DNA of 64,000 bases from an uncultured archaeon (GCA_964558645.1 CAZLEV010000012.1:1-64000), one strand, 5' to 3'; positions 1 to 9,406 are shown, counted from the first letter of the stretch. Notes: generated by a model from the letters alone, not told the origin. Program-made: numbers and translations.

Positions 1-91
1 TATCATGATGTTCTTGGCCACAGGAGGCACCTCGTACACAGTAACACAGAATCTCTATTTATACATAGCTGTGTTCCACCAAGGGCGGTAG
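1..91 (+). CDS. 3' end of an upstream gene (partial, hydrophobic)
   Basis: Open frame from position 2 reads IMMFLATGGTSYTVTQNLYLYIAVFHQGR-stop; truncated by the window edge. Confidence 0.3.
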   Translation, partial: IMMFLATGGTSYTVTQNLYLYIAVFHQGR

Positions 92-226
92 TTGGCCTCC
101 TAGATACGAGTTCTTTAATACACTTCTTGGAGAAAAGACATGGGAAATATGGTGCCCATCGACATTCACGATCATCGGATGGTACACTAGATTCACACAG
201 AATGCTAACAGGAGTGGAACACGACA

Positions 227-724
227 ATGAGTCAAACAAAAGAAGAAGAGGCGATACTTGATCATTTGAAGCAAGTTCTGAGTGAACAGTGCCTACAGGG
301 AGGACAAGTGGCCCGTGAACGCCGAGTATTTGTCGAGATATCCAGAGATTGTCTTGTTGACACCGCTACTCTGCTTCACAGCAAAGGTTTCACACACCTA
401 TCAACAATCACTGGATTGGAGTTGGATGATGAGATAGAGCTGATATACCATCTCATGAATGAGGGGATCCACCTTGGTCTAAGGACGAAGCTGCCCCTGA
501 ATGACCTGCTCGTTCCAACTCTGACTAATCTGATTCCCGGAGCATCACTCTATGAGCGCGAGATACACGATATCTTAGATGTTACTTTTGAAGGGCATCC
601 AAATCTCACCAGACTCATACTTCCTGACATGTGGGACCAGAAGACCCCACCGCTACGCAAAAAACAATCAACTGAAAAAGAGCCAATCGATGTAACTCCA
701 CGAAAGAAAGGATCCCGAAGATGA
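227..724 (+). CDS. NuoC/HycE-N-like (30 kDa) subunit of a group 4 hydrogenase/complex I-like enzyme
   Basis: HLSTITGLE...ELIYHL...GASLYEREIHDILDVTFEGHPNLTRLILPD matches the complex I 30 kDa subunit signature. Confidence 0.9.
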   Translation: MSQTKEEEAILDHLKQVLSEQCLQGGQVARERRVFVEISRDCLVDTATLLHSKGFTHLSTITGLELDDEIELIYHLMNEGIHLGLRTKLPLNDLLVPTLTNLIPGASLYEREIHDILDVTFEGHPNLTRLILPDMWDQKTPPLRKKQSTEKEPIDVTPRKKGSRR

Positions 725-831
725 GAGTCCTCATTCAGTGAGTTATTGTTTCATTTCTGATTGCTACCATCTCGAGATTCATAGACCAAAGGCGTCACGA
801 CAGAGAGATGCCCCCATAGAAGGATTGATAT

Positions 832-847
832 ATCGAGATAGTTCGAT
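832..847. promoter_or_regulatory. Palindrome ATCGA-N6-TCGAT upstream of the Cys-rich operon
   Basis: Inverted repeat 20 nt before ATG 868, adjacent to TTATAT. Confidence 0.35.
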
Positions 848-867
848 GTTTATATGAGTTAAACGAG

Positions 868-1242
868 ATGGCCTCTGAGAAACCTGCATTCATAATGTGT
901 GTATGTACGGGCAAGTGTCCCGGATTTGAGAAGATGGACATCTGGGACTTCATTAACACCGTTCGAATGGTTCTCCCGGTGAAACATGGCGTAGTCCACC
1001 CGCAGCTATGCGAGGAAGACGGAGACCGATACCTCGAAGATGTGCTTCAGCCGGGACAGCAGGTCTTCATAGGAGGGTGCGCCCCAATAATGCAATACAA
1101 GCTCTTCCGAGACGCATTCAAGAATCGTGGGACGGATGTCAAGAAGGACTTGGTGCCAATCGATGTACGTGACATGACCACTGAGGAAGCCATTGAGAAG
1201 GTGACTGAGGAGTTGAAGAAGCATGGTTACGACGTCGAGTGA
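868..1242 (+). CDS. Stand-alone HdrA N-terminal-like Cys-rich protein
   Basis: CVCTGKC...HPQLC...GGCAP...FRDAF...IDVR resembles the HdrA N-terminal CxC...C...xACxP...F...NIR domain. Confidence 0.6.
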   Translation: MASEKPAFIMCVCTGKCPGFEKMDIWDFINTVRMVLPVKHGVVHPQLCEEDGDRYLEDVLQPGQQVFIGGCAPIMQYKLFRDAFKNRGTDVKKDLVPIDVRDMTTEEAIEKVTEELKKHGYDVE

Positions 1243-1531
1243 TTCAGGACCTGATACAACCTTCATGGGAGTCGACCGCAAGAAAATTCCTTGGTGGCCC
1301 TCCATAGATGCTGACAAGTGCGATGGATGTGATGGTGAATATGATTGCTTGAAGTTCTGTCCGCATCGCGTTTTCAAGCCTCTTGAGGATCCGTTCCTGG
1401 TCACTGTTGAAAATCCCTACAACTGTGTGGTCTTCTGTACGGCGTGCAAGAAGATGTGTCCTAAAGATGCCATCTCATTTCCATTGAAGGCGGACATCCT
1501 CAATATCATCAAGACCGAGCGAGCCAACTGA
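1223..1531 (+). CDS. Ferredoxin (2x Fe-S)
   Basis: CDGCDGEYDCLKFCP and CVVFCTACKKMCP...AISFP. Confidence 0.85.
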   Translation: MVTTSSDSGPDTTFMGVDRKKIPWWPSIDADKCDGCDGEYDCLKFCPHRVFKPLEDPFLVTVENPYNCVVFCTACKKMCPKDAISFPLKADILNIIKTERAN

Positions 1532-1542
1532 GGTGATGATTC

Positions 1543-2379
1543 ATGACCCGAAAGTACATCATCCCGTGTGCAGGATACGACCGACCTGGCGGTGAGGTCA
1601 CTAGGGCAGTAGTGGAACGATTGGTCAAGAATCATGATGATGTTGTCATAGGAAGCATGGGGGCTCTCTTTGCGGAGCGTCCTGGCGAGATGCGTGATTA
1701 TAGAACGTCTGAGATCATCTGTCTAGACGGATGTGGAACGAACTGTGCCTCAGAGATTGCACTGGCACGTGGACGTGAAGATATTGTGGTCATCTCAATC
1801 CCTGAAACGGTGGGTTCTACTGAGAGCTTCGAAGAGAAGGTCAGACTCGCAATTGAAGCCATAGAAGAGAAGTTTGAGGAGCTGGCAACTGAAGAGCCAG
1901 AGCCGGACCCTGAAAAGCCTTTACAAGAGATTGAGTACTTGGAGGAGAACTTTGACAAGTTCACACTCAAAGTGGCAGAGGGTTTCAAGTACTCTGATAA
2001 CGACTTCTGGGTCCGTATTGAAGGCGAGCATGCTCGAATAGGTGCCTCGGACTTCCTACAGCAGATGATGTCGGATGTCTATTTCGTTGAACTGGCAGAG
2101 CCAGGCACTCATGTGGAGATGTTCGATGATGCTGGAGCAATGGAATCGACAAAGATACTTGTTGAGATCATAGTTCCTCTATCAGGGACCATTGTGGAGG
2201 CAAATACGGTACTTGAGGACAGTCCTGAGCTTATCAATGAGAGTCCATATGATAGAGGCTGGCTCTACCTAGTCGAGCCCGATGATCTTGATGAGCTGGA
2301 ACTACTCGCTGAAGCCTCTGACTACATGGCAAGGGCCCTGAAGAAAGCAGAAGAAGAGATTGGAAAGAAGGTGGAATAG
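1543..2379 (+). CDS. DGC-domain / glycine cleavage H-like (lipoyl carrier) fusion
   Basis: N-terminal IPCAG...LDGCGTNCA (DGC); C-terminal RIGASDF...ESTK...PLSGTIVEAN..L..SPELINESPYDRGWL (GcvH fold, lipoyl Lys retained). Confidence 0.85.
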   Translation: MTRKYIIPCAGYDRPGGEVTRAVVERLVKNHDDVVIGSMGALFAERPGEMRDYRTSEIICLDGCGTNCASEIALARGREDIVVISIPETVGSTESFEEKVRLAIEAIEEKFEELATEEPEPDPEKPLQEIEYLEENFDKFTLKVAEGFKYSDNDFWVRIEGEHARIGASDFLQQMMSDVYFVELAEPGTHVEMFDDAGAMESTKILVEIIVPLSGTIVEANTVLEDSPELINESPYDRGWLYLVEPDDLDELELLAEASDYMARALKKAEEEIGKKVE

Positions 2380-2382
2380 TTA

Positions 2383-2766
2383 ATGAAGAAGATAGTAATC
2401 CCATGCAGTGGAATAGGAAAGGCATTTGGTTCGGTAGCAAGAGAAGCGACCTACCTGTTAACAGAGAACGAACACTCTGATGAATTCACAACCGTCTGTC
2501 TTCCGCTGTTGATGGTGGATGATGAGGAGTCGATACGGGCTGTTCGCGAGTCGGATGTCTATACCATTGATGGTTGCCCGAAGAAATGCGCATCAGTTCT
2601 CGTTCGACATGTAGGGGGCGACCCGGTCATGGAGTTGCTGACAGCCAAGGTGCTGGCCAAGAACAGGGGACACAAACCAGACACAGTACTCGACATAGGT
2701 GAAGGTGGCAAGTCCCTTGCTGAGGATATTGCCAAGTTGATCCGTAATAACGGGGGGACTGAATAG
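2383..2766 (+). CDS. DGC-domain putative zinc-binding protein
   Basis: IPCSG...VCLP...IDGCPKKCA. Confidence 0.85.
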   Translation: MKKIVIPCSGIGKAFGSVAREATYLLTENEHSDEFTTVCLPLLMVDDEESIRAVRESDVYTIDGCPKKCASVLVRHVGGDPVMELLTAKVLAKNRGHKPDTVLDIGEGGKSLAEDIAKLIRNNGGTE

Positions 2767-3182
2767 TGACATTCAAGCCCAAAGTCGGACTAATCTCCTG
2801 TAGTGGTGAGGCATGCTCAGGTGGGAGTGTCTCACGTGCTGTAACACTTGAGGTGCTCCATCATCTGAAACCAACTGAAACAGTGACCATCTGTCTTCCG
2901 CTCTTCTTGGCTGGAGATGAAGCAGAACGGGAGTTCGCCAATAACTTCCCAACAATCACCATTGATGGGTGTGGCAAGCTCTGTGCAGCGAAGGGTACTG
3001 AGAAGTACAGTAGCGAACCGGCTGTGAAGATCAACTTACAGGACTACGTTGAGGATGCCTGTTCAGCAGCCAATCCGAATTGGAGCGCTGAAGAGAGAAG
3101 TGATTTTGTCGAAAGAATCGCAAATGATATCGCAGAGCATGTTGAACGCCTAAGGGAGGAATGGGGTGATGACTATAACTGA
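2766..3182 (+). CDS. DGC-domain putative zinc-binding protein
   Basis: ISCSGEAC...ICLP...IDGCGKLCA; start overlaps the previous stop. Confidence 0.85.
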   Translation: MTFKPKVGLISCSGEACSGGSVSRAVTLEVLHHLKPTETVTICLPLFLAGDEAEREFANNFPTITIDGCGKLCAAKGTEKYSSEPAVKINLQDYVEDACSAANPNWSAEERSDFVERIANDIAEHVERLREEWGDDYN

Positions 3183-3453
3183 CAAGATTCCAGTGATGGT
3201 TTTCAATGCTGTTGGGGTATGTGGCTGCAGTCAGACCGGATTCCTCGGCAGAATCTATGAGGCTGTTAAGAAGCATAGAGAGATAGTGGAATACAAGGAA
3301 TACTCAGCCGACAGCGAGGTCGCCAACCAGTACGGAGTTCGTTATCGCGGTGTCGTGGTTGGCAACAAGCTGCTTGGTAGCAATCCAACTGCATCTAGGA
3401 TAGAAGAGGCGATTCTGGAAGAGGCTGAGAAGCAGGGCATAGAAGCTTCATAG
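3166..3453 (+). CDS. Small thioredoxin-fold-like protein (CGCS)
   Basis: VCGCS near the N-terminus; ANQYGV..GVVVGNK resembles the thioredoxin/glutaredoxin C-terminal half. Confidence 0.45.
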   Translation: MMTITDKIPVMVFNAVGVCGCSQTGFLGRIYEAVKKHREIVEYKEYSADSEVANQYGVRYRGVVVGNKLLGSNPTASRIEEAILEEAEKQGIEAS

Positions 3454-3612
3454 AGTATCAGGGGCACAGGACGACAGCTGACAAGTTGGGATGACCGATG
3501 CCCCGCCCCATATTCTGTTGGTATCAATCTGAACCAAACTCGATACGTGACAAAGGGATTGGGGCCCCTATCACATTGATAACTATGGAAGGACCGAAGG
3601 TGAGAACTCCGG

Positions 3613-4209
3613 ATGGAACAGAACAGTCAGACTGGCATCACAACTGAGCTAGAGCAAGACAAGGAAGGTCTTCAGAAGATAACCACAGAAGTCAGGCTTC
3701 AGCACGGATCCTCTATCCTGATAGAGTCCACCTGGAAATCTGATCAGGCTGGGTCAGTAGTGGAGAAGACAGGCACATCGATCCGAATCGGTGATTTCTC
3801 TGTATCCTTGCCCAACGGACCTGCACTCTTGGCACATGCCAACATGATTCAGATGAACCATAAGTCATCCTTAGGAGATTCGTCTAATACAGATGCAGTT
3901 GAACCTCCCCGAGAAGAAGTCAAGATGGTTCACATGGTGACTCGTCATGATGGAGTCGAAGTGTTCTTGGATCCTTTGACAGCGGCCTTTTGGGCTGGAA
4001 GTCGTGAAGGTGTCAAAGAAGTTTCACTACAGACAGCTGCTTTTGTCCTTAAAGCAGATACAGAAAGCGTAATCGACAGCGCCGTTGAGGCTTCGAAGAA
4101 GACTCGAGAAACAATTGACGTGATTCGTTCCATCGTGTCACTCGTGGAGCAGCTCGATGACCGTATTAGTGACATGGGCATTTCTACCGAAGAGCTGGAC
4201 GTGAGATGA
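3613..4209 (+). CDS. Hypothetical protein
   Basis: 198-aa ORF with no recognised motif, between the redox operon and the antiporter-like genes. Confidence 0.6.
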   Translation: MEQNSQTGITTELEQDKEGLQKITTEVRLQHGSSILIESTWKSDQAGSVVEKTGTSIRIGDFSVSLPNGPALLAHANMIQMNHKSSLGDSSNTDAVEPPREEVKMVHMVTRHDGVEVFLDPLTAAFWAGSREGVKEVSLQTAAFVLKADTESVIDSAVEASKKTRETIDVIRSIVSLVEQLDDRISDMGISTEELDVR

Positions 4210-4351
4210 TTATACGCCGACACAAATCTGAGTCCATATTGCAGACAGAGGGAAGGTCCTAGCGTCAAGAATAATAGGGGAGTGAAAAACTGAAAGTGCA
4301 TACGAGAGGCTGTGATGTTACATTGCAGGCTCGGATGAAGAGGTAAGCTAG

Positions 4352-6304
4352 ATGATAGACACTACTATACTGGGTGTGCTTGTTGTTGGCGTTCCTCTCG
4401 TCACCGGCGCGCTCTCTCATCCGCTAGGAAAACTATTACAATCAAATACTCTTTCAAGATGGGTCTGTCTTGCTGCGGTCCTCTTTGTCTTCGTTGGGTC
4501 GATTGCCTTACTTCCAACCATCCTCCTTTCGCCCTTGCAAATTAACCTATTCACACTTACCCTGCTGACAACAAACATTCAGGTCGGAATGTACATCGAC
4601 TTGCTATCCATTTCTTTTGCTCTCGTCGGGTCGCTATTCGGAGTCCTAGTCGTCGCATATGGCATTGACTACTTCAGGAGAACTGAAGATAACACTCACA
4701 AGTCAATGGCTGACAGGTCTCTTTCCATCTCAACGATAATGGTTGGCGGACTCCTCGGAACGCTCTTTTCACTTGATCTCTTCACCCTACTCATCTTCTG
4801 GGAGATAATGACTCTCTCCCTTTATGCATTGATCGTCCAAGAAGACAGTTCTGAAGCTGCTTTCAAAGCCTTCCTGATGACTCATGCAGGCGGTCTTGCA
4901 CTACTTGCACTCACCATAATCATCTCATCGACCTTGGGAACGCTTCAAATACATGAGATTGCTCAGTATCCGGGTCTGCTGGGAGCGGCACTGCCAGCCT
5001 TGATTCCTTTGTCACTACTTGCAGTCCTTCCCAAGAGCCTTCAGTTTCCGTTTCATACATGGTTTCCTGACGGGACTATCGCGCCAGCTTCAACCATGGT
5101 TCTGTTCCTCGCAACTGACTTGACCGGAATCTATCTTCTCCTGCGGCTTGTTGTACAGGCATTTGAGCCTGCTCTGGCTCTCTTCCCAACAGTGGCGCTT
5201 GTTCAGATACTGGGGAATCCGAGCGTATTGGGGCTAGTCATATCACTGGTGGGAACAGTTACCCTTCTCATCGGGGCCATTAACGCTGCAATAGAAACGG
5301 ATTTGCCCAGAATCATCGCCTACGGCGCTTCTTCTGAGCTTGGCTTTGTGTTTATTGTTCTGGGGTTGGAGTCACCACTGGGAGTCACTGCAAGTCTCTT
5401 CTATGCAATATCTCATACATTGGTTGTGGGTCTCCTGTTTCTGAGCGCAGGGGCGGTCATCATGGAAACGGGGATGCGCCACATCGACAATCTAGGTGGG
5501 CTCTATCACTCAATGCCTATTACCGCATCATGCACAGCAATAAGTGTTCTAGCTATAGGAGGGCTACCTTTGCTTAGCGAGTTCATCGCCAAGTATCTTG
5601 TTATGATGTCCGCAGTTGCGGCCCGTTCACCCTTCTTTCTGTCCGTTGCGATACTCGGGGAGCTAATACACATCGTGATAGCAACTCGAATACTCTATTC
5701 TGTCTTTCTCGTCAAGAGCGAAGTGACAATACCTTCTGACGTCACGGATCCTCCCATCTTTATGCTGCTTCCTATGCTTCTGATGGCCGGACTGATAGTG
5801 ATAATTGGAATCGACCCGATGCTTATTCTTGATGGTCTAATCCTCCCAAGTGTTGTTCAGCTCGGTATGTCCGTTCAAGACGTAATTCCCTTCCTAATCT
5901 TGCCAGTCTTCGGCGGAATCTGGAGTCCTATCATAATCACGACGGCCACATTGGTATTACTCTCTGTGGTCCTTGTAGCAGTCATTTTCTCGAAGAACAG
6001 AGGGATGTACAAGCACGAACCACATGAACAGGCTTTCAAGCCGTTCATCTGTGGAGAGGACAGCGGAGAGTATAGACTATCTCATTCAGACCTATTCTAC
6101 ACAATTCGATCAGACATCTTCAACGTGGAACGCCTTGTTCGGTCCACTGACATCGACCGACTCTATGAGTACCTCTCTAAGAGAGTATACGACGCGGGTA
6201 GGAGGCTACTGGAGCTGGATGTCCGGCATCAGTTTGCTCGCGCCTTCCTATGGTTCATCTTGGGGTTGACAGCTTTGCTGCTGATGGCTTTCTTGGTGGT
6301 GTAA
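4352..6304 (+). CDS. Proton-conducting antiporter-like subunit (NuoL/HyfB/MrpA-like)
   Basis: Multi-TM; FWEIM, KSLQFPFHTWFPD, LGGLYHSMP, EFIAK motifs. Confidence 0.9.
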   Translation: MIDTTILGVLVVGVPLVTGALSHPLGKLLQSNTLSRWVCLAAVLFVFVGSIALLPTILLSPLQINLFTLTLLTTNIQVGMYIDLLSISFALVGSLFGVLVVAYGIDYFRRTEDNTHKSMADRSLSISTIMVGGLLGTLFSLDLFTLLIFWEIMTLSLYALIVQEDSSEAAFKAFLMTHAGGLALLALTIIISSTLGTLQIHEIAQYPGLLGAALPALIPLSLLAVLPKSLQFPFHTWFPDGTIAPASTMVLFLATDLTGIYLLLRLVVQAFEPALALFPTVALVQILGNPSVLGLVISLVGTVTLLIGAINAAIETDLPRIIAYGASSELGFVFIVLGLESPLGVTASLFYAISHTLVVGLLFLSAGAVIMETGMRHIDNLGGLYHSMPITASCTAISVLAIGGLPLLSEFIAKYLVMMSAVAARSPFFLSVAILGELIHIVIATRILYSVFLVKSEVTIPSDVTDPPIFMLLPMLLMAGLIVIIGIDPMLILDGLILPSVVQLGMSVQDVIPFLILPVFGGIWSPIIITTATLVLLSVVLVAVIFSKNRGMYKHEPHEQAFKPFICGEDSGEYRLSHSDLFYTIRSDIFNVERLVRSTDIDRLYEYLSKRVYDAGRRLLELDVRHQFARAFLWFILGLTALLLMAFLVV

Positions 6305-6308
6305 GACG

Positions 6309-6953
6309 ATGAACATGATATTCTTCTATTTGATATTCGTTCTCGCGATTCTGACAGTACTAGCATGCTACATTCGCACCTCGGAACAGCTCATTCTGAT
6401 TCTCGTCTTACAGGCTAGTATTGTGACCATGGCATCTCTGGCACTGGCCCTAGTCGAGGTCTATATGGCCTGGAATGCCACGTCAGCTATCAAGATGATG
6501 GCGGCAGGAGTAGAGTTTTTCTTCGCCGCAGTGGTCACACCACTCATACTATATGCGGGTGTGAGGAAGACGCAGAACGTATCTGACTTCCCGAGAACAG
6601 GCATACGTGTCACAAGTTCTGTGATTCTTGTATTGATTGCCGCACAGTTCATGATTTGGATATGGATATGGCCAGTCGTACCAGGAGACCTCGTCTTCTT
6701 CGCACCTGTCACTCTTGTGCTCTCTATCGACTTTGTATTGATTCTAACACGTGACGATCCCTTGAAGATTCTTGTAGGCCTCAATATCGCAGAAACGGCG
6801 CTATTCCCGTTTTTCGAACAAGCACCCTTAACCATCGTATTCCCCCTGCTTCTTCTTGTTAGTCTCGTCAACTTGACAGGCGTGTATATCATTATCCAAG
6901 GCTATCGTGAATATGGTGTCTTGTCTGTAACAGAATGGAGGCGACTCGTCTGA
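6309..6953 (+). CDS. HyfE-like membrane subunit
   Basis: About 7 TM; L.LQA and LKILVGLNIAET motifs; lies between two antiporter-like subunits as hyfE does. Confidence 0.6.
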   Translation: MNMIFFYLIFVLAILTVLACYIRTSEQLILILVLQASIVTMASLALALVEVYMAWNATSAIKMMAAGVEFFFAAVVTPLILYAGVRKTQNVSDFPRTGIRVTSSVILVLIAAQFMIWIWIWPVVPGDLVFFAPVTLVLSIDFVLILTRDDPLKILVGLNIAETALFPFFEQAPLTIVFPLLLLVSLVNLTGVYIIIQGYREYGVLSVTEWRRLV

Positions 6954-8407
6954 TGGCGTCCCTCATCCCCCTCGCTGTCTTAGGCATTCCGTTGCTGGTT
7001 GCAGTGGTTTCTCTATTGATTGCTCGCTTGTCGCGCCTTGAACACCTTTTCGAGGATGTTGACAAACCATCTGTTGTTGTGGGCACAGCTTTGACACTGC
7101 TTCTTCTCATCGTCATATCCCCAGCGGTCTTCAGCGGGGTCATCTATGAGTTTCCTTGGGCCGCCATCAGGCTTGACTCAGGGAACATGGCACCCCTGCT
7201 TGCAATTGGAGTCATCTTCTTCCTCACTTCTATCTACAACATCAAGGCAGAACAGGGTGGACGGCTCAGCCCAGAGATCTATAATCTCGTTGTATTATCG
7301 TTCTTGACTTGCATGCTGGGATTAGTTCTAGTCTATGATATATTCGCTGTGGCTCTATTCATCGAGCTTGTCATTGCCGTTTCCGTTATACTGGTGGTGC
7401 ATGCAAAAGGAAAAGACGCAGTGGAAGCTTCATTTAAGTACGTCATCATTACAGCAGTAAGTGCCCTTCTTGTGATCCTCGGCAGCATCTTGGTCTATGT
7501 CACTGCTCAGACCTCAAACATCCATGAGATTTTGGCCAATCCTGACCCACTAGCAGCCGAGTCAGGACTTGTCATTCTCGTAGGTGTGTTCTTCATTGTT
7601 GGAATTGGTGCAGATATCGGGATTGCTCCATTCCATGGGTGGCTACCGGATGCATTCCCTGCATCGAAACCAACCGTCAACTGCCTCTTTGCCGCTGAAC
7701 CAATTGCTCTGTTTGTTGCATTGTATAGAGTCCTCCATCTATTGTATTCGGTTTCACCGTCAGCAGTCCTCCCATTACTAGTGATTGGTGTTGGCCTCTT
7801 CTCACTCGTTTTCGGGGCACTTCTGGCTTACGCACAGACTAACTTCATGAGATTAATCGCCTATGCAACCATCGAAGAGTTCGGGTATGTTATGATCGTG
7901 TTTGGGTTGTTCACGCCACTCAGCTATGCTGTTGGACAGCTCTACCTCATGAATGCATCAATCATGAAGCTGGCCATTCTTCTCTGTCTAGGATCGGTCA
8001 TTGTTGCCACTGGTACCATGGATATGAAATCTCTCGGGGGATTGGGCAGGCGGATGCGGCGTACTTCTCTGGTTTATCTGATTGCAATCCTATCTTTGGC
8101 CGGCATAGCCCCACTTAGCGGCTTTATCACAAAGTGGCTGCTCTTAGGCACCGTCTATCAGCATCTTCTTGTAAGTGTGGGAATGATGCCCGCTATCGGA
8201 ATGCTACTGCTACTTGTAAGCACATCGCTAGTTGCGTTTATCTTCCTAATCAGGTCATATCACCTGATTTTTGCAGGCCCAGAAACAGAATCGCTAAAGG
8301 ACACAAAAGAGATCCCCCGGGAGATGTGGATTCCGGCAGTCATAACTGCGGCCATCATCATCGCTTTTGGACTCATGCCTCATCTATTCCTAGCTTTCGT
8401 CACATAG
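6935..8407 (+). CDS. Proton-conducting antiporter-like subunit (HyfF/NuoM/MrpD-like)
   Basis: EASFKY, APFHGWLPDA, RLIAYATIEEFG, LAGIAPLSGFITKW. Confidence 0.9.
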   Translation: MEATRLMASLIPLAVLGIPLLVAVVSLLIARLSRLEHLFEDVDKPSVVVGTALTLLLLIVISPAVFSGVIYEFPWAAIRLDSGNMAPLLAIGVIFFLTSIYNIKAEQGGRLSPEIYNLVVLSFLTCMLGLVLVYDIFAVALFIELVIAVSVILVVHAKGKDAVEASFKYVIITAVSALLVILGSILVYVTAQTSNIHEILANPDPLAAESGLVILVGVFFIVGIGADIGIAPFHGWLPDAFPASKPTVNCLFAAEPIALFVALYRVLHLLYSVSPSAVLPLLVIGVGLFSLVFGALLAYAQTNFMRLIAYATIEEFGYVMIVFGLFTPLSYAVGQLYLMNASIMKLAILLCLGSVIVATGTMDMKSLGGLGRRMRRTSLVYLIAILSLAGIAPLSGFITKWLLLGTVYQHLLVSVGMMPAIGMLLLLVSTSLVAFIFLIRSYHLIFAGPETESLKDTKEIPREMWIPAVITAAIIIAFGLMPHLFLAFVT

Positions 8408-8551
8408 ACTTCCATCTCAGAATTCTAGCGAATTCAAACGTTGAAGCAAGAGGCTCGAGGCATTAATACTTCCTCTTCCCAGTGCAGTCAAGACTAGAGC
8501 ATCTGAGGAATCATGCGGTTCAACCAACCATCATGAACAATGCCATTCGAT

Positions 8552-9037
8552 TCAGAGGTCCTTGACCCGGTGGAACGACCAGTCAGATTTTGAGATAACA
8601 AGGCCGAGATCAACGACCAGTCTGTCGATGAGCTTCTGAATCGCGTATCCGCTGTTACTACTAATCCTGATCATCTGATAGGTCGTGGTGTAGTTAGACT
8701 CCTGTTCATCAGAGTTGATCTCGATCACGGTATGCGTGCAAGTAACATCACCGAGAATGCTAACTCGTATATTGGCATCGAGATAATCACCAGACAGTTT
8801 CTTGTGTTTTGAGTACTTCTTGATCTCAGCTTTCACAATCTTGTCGTTTTCTCTCTCTTCAAGTGACTGAGTAATCGGTTTCTGTTCCTTCGACACTTCC
8901 TGCGTATCATCCTCAATCCTCGTGAAGCCATACTTGTCCTCTAGGAGGTCACTCAGAAGAGGATGCTCAGTCGAGTGATACACGAGATTCTCCAGCGTTA
9001 TTGTGACAGTTTCTTGATTCACTAACAGACCCCACAA
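8552..9037 (-). CDS. Hypothetical soluble protein, last gene of the minus-strand hydrogenase operon
   Basis: 161-aa ORF starting 21 nt after the NuoI-like stop. Confidence 0.6.
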   Translation of the reverse strand: MWGLLVNQETVTITLENLVYHSTEHPLLSDLLEDKYGFTRIEDDTQEVSKEQKPITQSLEERENDKIVKAEIKKYSKHKKLSGDYLDANIRVSILGDVTCTHTVIEINSDEQESNYTTTYQMIRISSNSGYAIQKLIDRLVVDLGLVISKSDWSFHRVKDL

Positions 9038-9058
9038 AGGTAGAGACGCTCACCAGCT

Positions 9059-9406
9059 TTATTCAACATAGAGGCTCTCTCGATCATGTGTACCCATCAA
9101 ATACTGTGTTGATAGTTCAATAGCGTCCACAGGACATATGTCCCTGCACTGACCGCAAAACAAGCAGCGACTCAAATTAAACCTTACCTTCTTGTTCTCT
9201 TTCACCAATATTGCACCAGCCGGGCACATTTTGGTGCAAAGAAGGCATCCGATGCAAGTATCCCGATGGTAAACTATCTTCCCTCGTAGGCGCTTTGCTA
9301 CGGGTTCTCTCTCTTCAGGCGTCGCATCCCAGGGAATCGTATATGCTCTACGAAAGAGCGACCTTATTGCGTCACGCAGCATCTGAACCACTTTCAAGTA
9401 TATCAC
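9059..9406 (-). CDS. NuoI/HycF-like 2x[4Fe-4S] subunit
   Basis: RLRGK..CIGCLLCTKMCPAGAI...CLFCGQCRDICPVDAI. Confidence 0.92.
   Translation of the reverse strand: MIYLKVVQMLRDAIRSLFRRAYTIPWDATPEEREPVAKRLRGKIVYHRDTCIGCLLCTKMCPAGAILVKENKKVRFNLSRCLFCGQCRDICPVDAIELSTQYLMGTHDRESLYVE

Noticed and set aside
1543-2379. Ordinary glycine cleavage system
   Set aside because: The H domain is fused to a DGC domain and no P, T or L protein genes occur in the window.
3461-3504. Hairpin GGGGCA...TGCCCC with GA/GA elements after the DGC operon, considered as a SECIS or K-turn
   Set aside because: No upstream gene has an in-frame TGA at a Cys position, and read-through of the TGA stops ends within a few codons. 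The K-turn geometry is imperfect; probably a terminator or stability hairpin.
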